This document shows positions 37,285 through 49,800 of a DNA stretch of 64,000 nt, in pieces. Origin of the DNA: Auanema rhodensis (lineage: Eukaryota > Animalia > Nematoda); the NCBI GenBank assembly GCA_964057225.1, contig OZ059894.1:12958001-13022000 (forward strand), given 5' to 3'. Each line of letters starts with the position of its first letter. Position 1 is the stretch's first letter. Under the pieces are notes generated by a model. The model ran no database searches and was not told the origin of the DNA. It saw only the letters and a list, made by a program, of their open reading frames with translations. The position numbers and the translations under genes were made by a program.

Positions 37285-39339
37285 GTGGAACTGTTTGGGC
37301 GAGCACTGCGAGCCGAACTGAGAAAACCTAACGAGGTTATGAAACACCGCTCGGAGCAATCTCAACGTCGTGTGGTACCATCGGACCGTAGACACACTGT
37401 TAATAGGAAAACTACTTCCCGCTCTGTTGCTCAACGTACGAAGTTAGTTCCCTCCTTTTCTGCACGTTCATTAGCCAATCATTGTTCATTTTGGTTTTCT
37501 ATTTCGTCTGATTTGTTCATTTTGCAATCAGTTATTAATTATCGTTTACCATTTAACGGTTCTCTACCTCCTTTGAGTAATTTTGATTCCTCGCTTAATC
37601 ACTCGGTCTCTTCAAGAAACCTTGACTTATTGATAGTGGATATGCTGTCAGAAGGCACCATTAGACCTATTCAAAAAAATGAAAAGGTATTCTTATCCCC
37701 TGCTTTTGTTGTGCCCAAGAAAGATGGAGAGTTTCGCTTTATTTTGAATCTGAGACGACTCAATTCATATCTGCAGGACCTTCCCTTCAAGCTAGAATCA
37801 ATTAAAGATGTATCACTATTGATACAACCATCGGATTGGTTAGCTAAAATAGATTTCTCGTCTGCATATCATGCTGTTCCTATTGATCCAGAACATCAAC
37901 CTTTCCTAGCTTTTCGAGCTGGAGGTTCTGGTTATGTTTTTCAAGCCATGCCATTTGGCCTTAGTTCAGCTCCATTCACTTTTCATAAGATCGTTAGAGT
38001 CCTTGCTTCGTATTTACGAAGTAAAGGAGTTCGCATTATTAACTATCTAGACGATTGGCTGTTTATTGGGTCATCTGTCACTCAAGTACAAGAGCATATT
38101 CAGTTAGCCTTGTGTTTATTCAAGCAATCTGGTTTCTCAGTTAACCACACTAAGTCCATTTTAATCCCTACTCAAAGAATAGAATTTCTGGGAATCAATC
38201 TAAATGCCCAGGAAGGTACATGGTCAATACCAGTATCAAAGTTAGATCGCATTCAAAATGCATTAGATCGGGTAAATAAACCAGACGCCACATTAAGATG
38301 TTTTGCATCCCTGTTGGGCTTATTGAACTTTACTGCTATTGTTCATCCCGAAATCAGTTTTTTCGTTCACTCTCTCCAACGTGCGCTAGGTGTGGTATCC
38401 TTGAAAGCTCTCTCTTCTTCTTTACACATTAACGAAAAGTTAAATAGATCGCGAGATTTGGACATAATATTTCCTCAAGTTAAATTTATCTTGGAAACTG
38501 TAATGCATCTGCCTGTTTCGTTTTGTCCGTTTTCACCTTCGATAACTATAACATCCGACGCTTCCTTGCGAGGATATGGAGGTTGTATGGACGGTCAACA
38601 AATTTCCGGAATCTGGTCTATTGAAGAAAAGAAACTTCATATTAACTGGAGAGAACTGAGCGCTGCTTATAAAGCGGTTTCCTTCTTCCTCAAATCTAAA
38701 AGTTACGTAGACGTGACCTTACTTCTTGATAACATGTCGGCTATTGCTTATATTAACAAACGAGGAGGCACTCGTTCGGCTGAAGGCTCAGATATAGCCT
38801 TAAAGTTATGGGAATTTTGCACTGTCCGCGGTATCAGAATAAAAGCTTCTCATATTCCGGGACGACAAAATATTTCCGCCGACAAGTTATCGAGAGGACA
38901 GTTCTTAGATAGTGAGGAGTGGTCCTTACATGATGAAATCATTAAAGAAATATTCCTTGAATGGGGAACACCTAACATTGATCTATTTGCTTCTTCAAAT
39001 AATTTCAAATTAGATAGATATATTTCATACCTTCCAGACCCGGGAGCTTGCTTTATCAACTCCTTTGCCGTAAATTGGGCAGAAGTATCACAAGGATACG
39101 CTTACATTTTCCCTCCATTTTCAATGGTGGGGAAAGCAATAGCAAAGATTGTTCGAGATCGATGCAAAGCAATCTTAATAGCTCCGAACTGGACAAGTCA
39201 ATATTGGTTCCCTACATTAAAGAAAATTCACAAGGAAGTACGGGTATTACAACACCCTTACCTTTTACGGAACCCAGTGGGAGAAGTTCACCCACTGTTG
39301 AAGAGCCACAACTTCCAGCTCTTAGCATGGAGAATTTGA
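37285..39339 (+). CDS. pol: Pol (reverse transcriptase, RNase H, Dam-like methyltransferase domain) of DIRS copy 2
   Basis: YLDD RT motif, RNase H motifs DAS/REL/DN/AD, and MT motifs DLFAS and FPPF, as expected for DIRS1-group pol. Confidence 0.96.
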   Translation: MELFGRALRAELRKPNEVMKHRSEQSQRRVVPSDRRHTVNRKTTSRSVAQRTKLVPSFSARSLANHCSFWFSISSDLFILQSVINYRLPFNGSLPPLSNFDSSLNHSVSSRNLDLLIVDMLSEGTIRPIQKNEKVFLSPAFVVPKKDGEFRFILNLRRLNSYLQDLPFKLESIKDVSLLIQPSDWLAKIDFSSAYHAVPIDPEHQPFLAFRAGGSGYVFQAMPFGLSSAPFTFHKIVRVLASYLRSKGVRIINYLDDWLFIGSSVTQVQEHIQLALCLFKQSGFSVNHTKSILIPTQRIEFLGINLNAQEGTWSIPVSKLDRIQNALDRVNKPDATLRCFASLLGLLNFTAIVHPEISFFVHSLQRALGVVSLKALSSSLHINEKLNRSRDLDIIFPQVKFILETVMHLPVSFCPFSPSITITSDASLRGYGGCMDGQQISGIWSIEEKKLHINWRELSAAYKAVSFFLKSKSYVDVTLLLDNMSAIAYINKRGGTRSAEGSDIALKLWEFCTVRGIRIKASHIPGRQNISADKLSRGQFLDSEEWSLHDEIIKEIFLEWGTPNIDLFASSNNFKLDRYISYLPDPGACFINSFAVNWAEVSQGYAYIFPPFSMVGKAIAKIVRDRCKAILIAPNWTSQYWFPTLKKIHKEVRVLQHPYLLRNPVGEVHPLLKSHNFQLLAWRI

Positions 39340-40259
39340 CTGGCCTAATTCCTGATATATCTAATGATACCATGTCTCTATTCTTAAACTCCTGGGCTGC
39401 AGGAACTCGTAAGCAATATAATTCAGCTCTTAAAAAGTGGGAAATTTATTGTGCATCTCACAAAATTTCTATTACTCCCTCTCCTTCAACCGCTGCAGAT
39501 TTTTTGTCATCTATGTTTAACGACAAAGCCGTTTCAACAGTTTTGGGCTATAAATCCGCACTTTGTGCTTTAGCTGACTTTCTGAAAATTAGTCCCCCTC
39601 TTCGGGATAACCCATTACTTAGTAGAATATCTAGGGGAGCGTTCAGATTAAAACCTCCACAACCTAAATATATAGATTCTTGGGAACCTTCCATTGTTCT
39701 TTCATATTTAGAAAGTCTGGGGCCCAACAACGAATTATCGTTGGAACTACTAACCAAAAAATTAGCAATGCTATTAGCTTTATGCTCCCCAAAACGAGTG
39801 TCAGAAATAGCGCAGTTCTCTATAGACCATGTTCAATTCAATGATAACGGTGTTACGTTTTTCATAAATTATAGAAATAAAAATAGAAAAGCGGGAATAC
39901 CTCATAAAGCTACCTATGAGATTTCTTTAGACAGACCGTTACTCTGTCCGGTAGCATGTATTAAAGCATATTTAGACAAAACTGAGTCTAAACGGCTTTC
40001 AAATAATTTACTGATATCCATCTCACAAGGAACGAGTATTACAAGTACAACAGTAGCTCGGTGGATAAGGGATATTTTATCGTTGGCAAAAATACCGCAT
40101 AGATTTTCTGCGCACTCTACCCGTCACGCTTCTACTTCGTCAGCTTTTAAAAAAGGGGTTCCATTGAAAACTATAATGAGTGCCGCAAATTGGAAATCCG
40201 ACACTTCATTTTTCAAACACTACTGCAGAACCAGATCCTTTCAAGCTGCAATTTTTTGA
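39048..40259 (+). CDS. Tyrosine recombinase (YR) of DIRS copy 2; probable ATG at 39162 or 39327; overlaps the pol 3' end
   Basis: R...K...HSTR...W...HY catalytic set of lambda-integrase-family recombinases. Confidence 0.93.
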   Translation: MLYQLLCRKLGRSITRIRLHFPSIFNGGESNSKDCSRSMQSNLNSSELDKSILVPYIKENSQGSTGITTPLPFTEPSGRSSPTVEEPQLPALSMENLTGLIPDISNDTMSLFLNSWAAGTRKQYNSALKKWEIYCASHKISITPSPSTAADFLSSMFNDKAVSTVLGYKSALCALADFLKISPPLRDNPLLSRISRGAFRLKPPQPKYIDSWEPSIVLSYLESLGPNNELSLELLTKKLAMLLALCSPKRVSEIAQFSIDHVQFNDNGVTFFINYRNKNRKAGIPHKATYEISLDRPLLCPVACIKAYLDKTESKRLSNNLLISISQGTSITSTTVARWIRDILSLAKIPHRFSAHSTRHASTSSAFKKGVPLKTIMSAANWKSDTSFFKHYCRTRSFQAAIF

Positions 40260-40262
40260 AAG

Positions 40263-40338
40263 ATAGCTTAAGACATGGGATATAATTTCTTAAATTTTCC
40301 TATTTTATGAAGTAAAATTTTAATTATATCCCATGTCT
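40263..40338 (+). repeat. Copy 2 internal complementary region (ICR), 76 bp
   Basis: 40263-40285 is complementary to the first 23 nt of the left ITR. 40286-40338 is complementary to the last 53 nt of the element. Confidence 0.93.
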
Positions 40339-40556
40339 GACTTCCCTCCACCATCCCCTGTGTGTGTTCACCATCCCTCTTTTATATTCAGCTTGAAAAA
40401 AATGTTTATGTTATTGCAGTAGATGGTCGTCTTCGAACTCAATACCTGTAAAACCTTTTAATAGAAACAACAGTAAAATGAAGAAGTGATTTTATTGTTT
40501 CTTTTGTTTTGATGTTATATACCTTGTTACATTGTGAAGTTTATATTTTTTTGACT

Positions 40557-40769
40557 CTGATGTTTATGTGTTAGTTAGGGGGCGTGTCATTACTGGTTAG
40601 CACCACGGGCAATGATACGCTCATTTTACAATGTGTTACGAAATACTGTTGATTTCTGTTAATTTTTGTTTTATTGATTACCGAGAAGATATGTTATTTG
40701 GAAAATAAATAGCTTAAGACATGGGATATAATTAAAATTTTACTTCATAAAATAGGAAAATTTAAGAAA
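40557..40769 (+). repeat. Copy 2 right (3') ITR (40557-40731) plus right extension (40732-40769)
   Basis: Inverted copy of the left ITR followed by TTAAAATTTTACTTCATAAAATAGGAAAATTTAAGAAA. Confidence 0.93.
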
Positions 40770-43700
40770 ATTGTTCCAAGAAACATGATTAAATGAAGAA
40801 AATAGAGTAAAATGAATTGGAAAATTATAAAATATTTTCATGTTTTATTTCTTGAGTATCAAAATATTCAAATTAAGATCGTTTTTAATGTTTCAAATCT
40901 CAATGAACGAATGAATTGTTTCAAAACTATTGTAAAAATATGAGATTGTTTCAAAATACGTGATTAAATGAAGAAAATGGAGTAAAATGAATTGGAAAAT
41001 TATAAAATATTTTCATGTTTTATTTCTTGAGTTTCAAAATATTCAAACTTTTTTTTTTCACTGTTTAAAATCTTAATGAACGAATGAATTGTTTCAAAAC
41101 TATTGTAAAAATTTGAGATTGTTTCAAAATACGTGATTTAATGAAGAAAATAGAGTAAAATGAATTGGAAAATTATAAAATATTTTCATGTTTTATTTTT
41201 TTAGTATCAGAAAATTCAAATTAAGATCGTTTTTAATGTTTCAAATCTCAATGAACGAATGAATTGTTTCAAAACTATTGTAAAAATATGAGATTGTTTC
41301 AAAATACGTGATTAAATGAAGAAAATGGAGTAAAATGAATTGGAAAATTATAAAATATTTTCATGTTTTATTTCTTGAGTTTCAAAATATTCAAACTTTT
41401 TTTTTTCACTGTTTAAAATCTTAATGAACGAATGAATTGTTTCAAAACTATTGTAAAAATATGAGATTGTTTCAAAATACGTGATTAAATGAAGAAAATG
41501 GAGTAAAATGAATTGGAAAATTATAAAATATTTCCATGTTTTATTTTCTTAGTATCAGAAAATTCAAATTAAGATCGTTTTCAATGTTTCAAATCTTAAT
41601 GAACGAATTAATCGTTTCAAAACTATTGTAAAAATATGAGATTGTTTCAAAATACGTGATTAAATGAAGAAAATAGAGTAAAATGAATTGGAATATTATA
41701 AAATATTTTCATGTTTTATTTCTTGAGTATCAAAATATTCAAACTTTTTTTTTTCACTGTTTAAAATCTTAATGAACGAATGAATTGTTTCAAAACTATT
41801 GTAAAAATATGAGATTGTTTCAAAATACGTGATTAAATGAAGGAAATGGAGTAAAATGAATTGGAAAATTATAAAATATTTTCATGTTTTATTTCTTGAG
41901 TTTCAAAATATTCAAACTTTTTTTTTTCACTGTTTAAAATCTTAATGAACGAATGAATTGTTTCAAAACTATTGTAAAAATTTGAGATTGTTTCAAAATA
42001 CGTGATTAAATGAAGAAAATGGAGTAAAATGAATTGGAAAATTATAAAATATTTCCATGTTTTATTTTTTTAGTATCAGAAAATTCAAATTAAGATCGTT
42101 TTTAATGTTTCAAATCTCAATGAACGAATGATTTGTTTCAAAACTATTGTAAAAATATGAGATTGTTTCAAAATACGTGATTAAATGAAGAAAATGGAGT
42201 AAAATGAATTGGAAAATTATAAAATATTTTCATTTTTTATTTCTTGAGTATCAAAATATTTAAACTTTTTTTTTCACTGTTTAAAATCTTAATGAACGAA
42301 TGAATTGTTTCAAAACTATTGTAAAAATATGAGATTGTTTCAAAATACGTGATTAAATGAAGAAAATGGAGTAAAATGAATTGGAAAATTATAAAATATT
42401 TTCATGTTTTATTTCTTGAGTTTCAAAATATTCAAACTTTTTTTTTTCACTGTTTAAAATCTTACAGAACGAATGAATTGTTTCAAAACTATTGTAAAAA
42501 TTTGAGATTGTTTCAAAATACGTGATTAAATGAAGAAAATGGAGTAAAATGAATTGGAAAATTATAAAATATTTCCATGTTTTATTTTCTTAGTATCAGA
42601 AAATTCGAATTAAGATCGTTTTCAATGTTTCAAATCTTAAAGAACGAATTAATTGTTTCAAAACTATTGTAAAAATATGAGATTGTTTCAAAATACGTGA
42701 TTAAATGAAGAAAATGGAGTAAAATGAATTGGAAAATTATAAAATATTTCCATGTTTTATTTTTTTAGTATCAGAAAATTCAAATTAAGATCGTTTTTAA
42801 TGTTTCAAATCTCAATGAACGAATGAATTGTTTCAAAACTATTGTAAAAATATGAGATTGTTTCAAAATACGTGATTAAATGAAGAAAATGGAGTAAAAT
42901 GAATTGGAAAATTATAAAATATTTCCATGTTTTATTTTTTTAGTATCAGAAAATTCAAATTAAGATTGTTTTTAATGTTTCAAATCTTAATGAACGAATG
43001 AATTGTTTCAAAACTATTGTAAAAATATGAGATTGTTTCAAAATACGTGATTAAATGAAGAAAATGGAGTAAAATGAATTGGAAAATTATAAAATATTTT
43101 CATGTTTTATTTCTTGAGTTTCAAAATATTCAAACTTTTTTTTTTCACTGTTTAAAATCTTAATGAACGAATGAATTGTTTCAAAACTATTGTAAAAATT
43201 TGAGATTGTTTCAAAATACGTGATTTAATGAAGAAAATAGAGTAAAATGAATTGGAAAATTATAAAATATTTTCATGTTTTATTTTTTTAGTATCAGAAA
43301 ATTCAAATTAAGATCGTTTTTAATGTTTCAAATCTTAATGAACGAATGAATTGTTTCAAAACTATTGTAAAAATATGAGATTGTTTCAAAATACGTGATT
43401 AAATGAAGAAAATGGAGTAAAATGAATTGGAAAATTATAAAATATTTTCATTTTTTATTTCTTGAGTATCAAAATATTCAAAATTATATCTTTTTTACTG
43501 TTAAAAACATTATTAACTGGATGATTTGTTTGGAAATTATTGTAAAAATATGAGATTGTTTCAAAATACGTGATTAAATGAAGAAAATGGAGCAAAATGA
43601 ATTGGAAAATTATAAAATATTTCCATGTTTTATTTTCTTAGTATCAGAAAATTCAAATTAAGATCGTTTTTAATGTTTCAAATCTTGATGAACGAATGAA

Positions 43701-46700
43701 TTGTTTCAAAACTATTGTAAAAATATGAGATTGTTTCAAAATACGTGATTAAATGAAGAAAATGGAGTAAAATGAATTGGAAAATTATAAAACATTTCCA
43801 TGTTTTATTTTCTTAGTATCAGAAAATTCAAATTAAGATCGTTTTTAATGTTTCAAATCTTAATGAACGAATGAATTGTTTCAAAACTATTGTAAAAATA
43901 TGAGATTAATTCAAAATACGTGATTAAATGAAGAAAATGGAGTAAAATGAATTGGAAAATTATAAAATATTTTCATGTTTTATTTCTTGAGTTTCAAAAT
44001 ATTCAAACTTTTTTTTTTCACTGTTTAAAATCTTAATGAACGAATGAATTGTTTCAAAACTATTGTAAAAATATGAGATTGTTTCAAAATACGTGATTAA
44101 ATGAAGAAAATGGAGTAAAATGAATTGGAAAATTATAAAATATTTTCATGTTTTATTTCTTGAGTATCAAAATATTTAAACTTTTTTTTTTCACTGTTTA
44201 AAATCTTAATGAACGAATGAATTGTTTCAAAACTATTGTAAAAATATGAGATTGTTTCAAAATACGTGATTAAATGAAGAAAATGGAGTAAAATGAATTG
44301 GAAAATTATAAAATATTTTCATGTTTTATTTCTTGAGTTTCAAAATATTCAAACTTTTTTTTTTCACTGTTTAAAATCTTAATTAACGAATGAATTGTTT
44401 CAAAACTATTGTAAAAATATGAGATTGTTTCAAAATACGTGATTAAATGAAGAAAATGGAGTAAAATGAATTGGAAAATTATAAAATATTTTCATGTTTT
44501 ATTTCTTGAGTTTCAAAATATTCAAACTTTTTTTTTTCACTGTTTAAAATCTTAATGAACGAATGAATTGTTTCAAAACTATTGTAAAAATATGAGATTG
44601 TTTCAAAATACGTGATTAAATGAAGAAAATGGAGTAAAATGAATTGGAAAATTATAAAATATTTTCATGTTTTATTTCTTGAGTTTCAAAATATTCAAAC
44701 TTTTTTTTTTCACTGTTTAAAATCTTAATTAACGAATGAATTGTTTCAAAACTATTGTAAAAATATGAGATTGTTTCAAAATACGTGATTAAATGAAGAA
44801 AATGGAGTAAAATGAATTGGAAAATTATAAAATATTTCCATGTTTTATTTTTTTAGTATCAGAAAATTCAAATTAAGATCGTTTTTAATGTTTCAAATCT
44901 CAATGAACGAATGAATTGTTTCAAAACTATTGTAAAAATATGAGATTGTTTCAAAATACGTGATTAAATGAAGAAAATGGAGCAAAATGAATTGGAAAAT
45001 TATAAAATATTTTCATGTTTTATTTCTTGAGTATCAAAATATTTAAACTTTTTTTTTTCACTGTTTAAAATCTTAATGAACGAATGAATTGTTTCAAAAC
45101 TATTGTAAAAATATGAGATTGTTTCAAAATACGTGATTAAATGAAGAAAATGGAGTAAAATGAATTGGAAAATTATAAAATATTTTCATGTTTTATTTCT
45201 TGAGTTTCAAAATATTCAAACTTTTTTTTTTCACTGTTTAAAATCTTACAGAACGAATGAATTGTTTCAAAACTATTGTAAAAATTTGAGATTGTTTCAA
45301 AATACGTGATTAAATGAAGAAAATGGAGTAAAATGAATTGGAAAATTATAAAATATTTCCATGTTTTATTTTCTTAGTATCAGAAAATTCAAATTAAGAT
45401 CGTTTTTAATGTTTCAAATCTTAATGAACGAATGAATTGTTTCAAAACTATTGTAAAAATATGAGATTGTTTCAAAATACGTGATTAAATGAAGAAAATG
45501 GAGTAAAATGAATTGGAAAATTATAAAATATTTCCATGTTTTATTTTTTTAGTATCAGAAAATTCAAATTAAGATCGTTTTTAATGTTTCAAATCTCAAT
45601 GAACGAATGAATTGTTTCAAAACTATTGTAAAAATATGAGATTGTTTCAAAATACGTGATTAAATGAAGAAAATGGAGTAAAATGAATTGGAAAATTATA
45701 AAATATTTTCATGTTTTATTTCTTGAGTTTCAAAATATTCAAACTTTTTTTTTTCACTGTTTAAAATCTTAATGAACGAATGAATTGTTTCAAAACTATT
45801 GTAAAAATATGAGATTGTTTCAAAATACGTGATTAAATGAAGAAAATGGAGTAAAATGAATTGGAAAATTATAAAATATTTTCATGTTTTATTTCTTGAG
45901 TTTCAAAATATTCAAACTTTTTTTTTTCACTGTTTAAAATCTTACAGAACGAATGAATTGTTTCAAAACTATTGTAAAAATTTGAGATTGTTTCAAAATA
46001 CGTGATTAAATGAAGAAAATGGAGTAAAATGAATTGGAAAATTATAAAATATTTCCATGTTTTATTTTCTTAGTATCAGAAAATTCAAATTAAGATCGTT
46101 TCTAATGTTTCAAATCTTAATGAACGAATTAATTGTTTCAAAACTATTGTAAAAATATGAGATTGTTTCAAAATACGTGATTAAATGAAGAAAATAGAGT
46201 AAAATGAATTGGAATATTATAAAATATTTTCATGTTTTATTTCTTGAGTATCAAAATATTCAAACTTTTTTTTTTCACTGTTTAAAATCTTAATGAACGA
46301 ATGAATTGTTTCAAAACTATTGTAAAAATTTGAGATTGTTTCAAAATACGTGATTAAATGAAGAAAATAGAGTAAAATGAATTGGAAAATTATAAAATAT
46401 TTTCATGTTTTATTTTTTGAGTATCAAAATATTTGAAATTATATCTTCTTTACTGTTAAAAACATTATTAAATGAATGATTTGTTTCAAAATTATTGTAA
46501 AAATTTAAAATTGTTCCAAGAAACATGATTAAATGAAGAAAATAGAGTAAAATGAATTGGAAAATTATAAAATATTTTCATGTTTTATTTCTTGAGTATC
46601 AAAATATTCAAACTTTTTTTTTCACTGTTTAAAATCTTAATGAACGAATGAATTGTTTCAAAACTATTGTAAAAATTTGAGATTGTTTCAAAATACGTGA

Positions 46701-47199
46701 TTAAATGAAGAAAATGGAATAAAATGAATTGGAAAATTATAAAATATTTCCATGTTTTATTTTCTTAGTATCAGAAAATTCAATTTAAGATCGTTTTTAA
46801 TGTTTCAAATCTTAATGAACGAATGAATTGTTTCAAAACTATTGTAAAAATATGAGATTGTTTCAAAATACGTGATTAAATGAAGGAAATGGAGTAAAAT
46901 GAATTGGAAAATTATAAAATATTTTCATGTTTTATTTCTTGAGTTTCAAAATATTCAAACTTTTTTTTTCACTGTTTAAAATCTTAATGAACGAATGAAT
47001 TGTTTCAAAACTATTGTAAAAATATGAGATAAATTCAAAATACGTGATTAAATGAAGAAAATGGAGTAAAATGAATTGGTAAATTATAAAATATTTTCAT
47101 GTTTTATTTCTTGAGTTTCAAAATATTCAAACTTTTTTTTTTCACTGTTTGAAATCTTAATGAACGAATGAATTGTTTCAAAACTATTGTAAAAATATG

Positions 47200-49800
47200 A
47201 GATTGTTTCAAAATACGTGATTAAATGAAGAAAATGGAGTAAAATGAATTGGAAAATTATAAAATATTTTCATGTTTTATTTCTTGAGTTTCAAAATATT
47301 CAAACTTTTTTTTTTCACTGTTTAAAATCTTAATGAACGAATGAATTGTTTCAAAACTATTGTAAAAATATGAGATTGTTTCAAAATACGTGATTAAATG
47401 AAGAAAATGGAGTAAAATGAATTGGAAAATTATAAAATATTTCCATGTTTTATTTTTTTAGTATCAGAAAATTCAAATTAAGATCGTTTTTAATGTTTCA
47501 AATCTCAATGAACGAATGAATTGTTTCGAAACTATTGTAAAAATATGAGATTGTTTCAAAATACGTGATTAAATGAAGAAAATGGAGCAAAATGAATTGG
47601 AAAATTATAAAATATTTTCATGTTTTATTTCTTGAGTATCAAAATATTTAAACTTTTTTTTTTCACTGTTTAAAATCTTACAGAACGAATGAATTGTTTC
47701 AAAACTATTGTAAAAATTTGAGATTGTTTCAAAATACGTGATTAAATGAAGAAAATGGAGTAAAATGAATTGGAAAATTATAAAATATTTCCATGTTTTA
47801 TTTTCTTAGTATCAGAAAATTCAAATTAAGATCGTTTTCAATGTTTCAAATCTTAATGAACGAATTAATCGTTTCAAAACTATTGTAAAAATATGAGATT
47901 GTTTCAAAATACGTGATTAAATGAAGAAAATAGAGTAAAATGAATTGGAATATTATAAAATATTTTCATGTTTTATTTCTTGAGTATCAAAAGATTCAAA
48001 CTTTTTTTTTTCACTGTTTAAAATCTTAATGAACGAATGAATTGTTTCAAAACTATTGTAAAAATATGAGATTGTTTCAAAATACGTGATTAAATGAAGA
48101 AAATGGAGTAAAATGAATTGGAAAATTATAAAATATTTTCATGTTTTATTTCTTGAGTTTCAAAATATTCAAACTTTTTTTTTTCACTGTTTAAAATCTT
48201 AATGAACGAATGAATTGTTTCAAAACTATTGTAAAAATATGAGATTGTTTCAAAATACGTGATTAAATGAAGAAAATGGAGTAAAATGAATTAGAAAATT
48301 ATAAAATATTTCCATGTTTTATTTTTTTAGTATCAGAAAATTCAAATTAAGATCGTTTTTAATGTTTCAAATCTCAATGAACGAATGAATTGTTTCAAAA
48401 CTATTGTAAAAATATGAGATTGTTTCAAAATACGTGATTAAATGAAGAAAATGGAGCAAAATGAATTGGAAAATTATAAAATATTTTCATGTTTTATTTC
48501 TTGAGTATCAAAATATTTAAACTTTTTTTTTTCACTGTTTAAAATCTTACAGAACGAATGAATTGTTTCAAAACTATTGTAAAAATTTGAGATTGTTTCA
48601 AAATACGTGATTAAATGAAGAAAATGGAGTAAAATGAATTGGAAAATTATAAAATATTTCCATGTTTTATTTTCTTAGTATCAGAAAATTCAAATTAAGA
48701 TCGTTTTCAATGTTTCAAATCTTAATGAACGAATTAATCGTTTCAAAACTATTGTAAAAATATGAGATTGTTTCAAAATACGTGATTAAATGAAGAAAAT
48801 AGAGTAAAATGAATTGGAATATTATAAAATATTTTCATGTTTTATTTCTTGAGTATCAAAAGATTCAAACTTTTTTTTTTCACTGTTTAAAATCTTAATG
48901 AACGAATGAATTGTTTCAAAACTATTGTAAAAATATGAGATTGTTTCAAAATACGTGATTAAATGAAGAAAATGGAGTAAAATGAATTGGAAAATTATAA
49001 AATATTTTCATGTTTTATTTCTTGAGTTTCAAAATATTCAAACTTTTTTTTTTCACTGTTTAAAATCTTAATGAACGAATGAATTGTTTCAAAACTATTG
49101 TAAAAATATGAGATTGTTTCAAAATACGTGATTAAATGAAGAAAATGGAGTAAAATGAATTAGAAAATTATAAAATATTTCCATGTTTTATTTTTTTAGT
49201 ATCAGAAAATTCAAATTAAGATCGTTTTTAATGTTTCAAATCTCAATGAACGAATGAATTGTTTCAAAACTATTGTAAAAATATGAGATTGTTTCAAAAT
49301 ACGTGATTAAATGAAGAAAATGGAGCAAAATGAATTGGAAAATTATAAAATATTTTCATGTTTTATTTCTTGAGTATCAAAATATTTAAACTTTTTTTTT
49401 TCACTGTTTAAAATCTTACAGAACGAATGAATTGTTTCAAAACTATTGTAAAAATTTGAGATTGTTTCAAAATACGTGATTAAATGAAGAAAATGGAGTA
49501 AAATGAATTGGAAAATTATAAAATATTTCCATGTTTTATTTTCTTAGTATCAGAAAATTCAAATTAAGATCGTTTTCAATGTTTCAAATCTTAATGAACG
49601 AATTAATCGTTTCAAAACTATTGTAAAAATATGAGATTGTTTCAAAATACGTGATTAAATGAAGAAAATAGAGTAAAATGAATTGGAATATTATAAAATA
49701 TTTTCATGTTTTATTTCTTGAGTATCAAAAGATTCAAACTTTTTTTTTTCACTGTTTAAAATCTTAATGAACGAATGAATTGTTTCAAAACTATTGTAAA
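47200..49800. repeat. 5-monomer (869 bp) unit triplicated
   Basis: Private variant AAAAGATTCAAAC with its G at 47993, 48862 and 49731. Confidence 0.85.

Larger units (their letters stand above)
36321..40769 (+). mobile_element. Full-length DIRS1-type tyrosine-recombinase retrotransposon, copy 2 (4449 bp)
   Basis: Order: left ITR, gag, pol (RT/RH/MT), overlapping YR, ICR, 3'UTR, right ITR, right extension. All ORFs are intact. Confidence 0.97.

Noticed and set aside
38850-39757. 69-aa antisense ORFs (38850-39059 and 39548-39757; mirrored at 17972-18181 and 17274-17483)
   Set aside because: Short shadows of pol and YR with non-ATG starts and no motifs.
36321-40769. Classification as an LTR, Ngaro/PAT or prokaryotic integrase/retron element
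   Set aside because: Inverted termini with an ICR, an MT domain and a YR are diagnostic of the DIRS1 group. There are no direct or split-direct repeats, no DDE integrase and no protease.
16262-40769. The two elements as an inverted segmental duplication or assembly artefact
   Set aside because: They have different insertion sites, non-inverted flanks and about 22 mostly synonymous differences.
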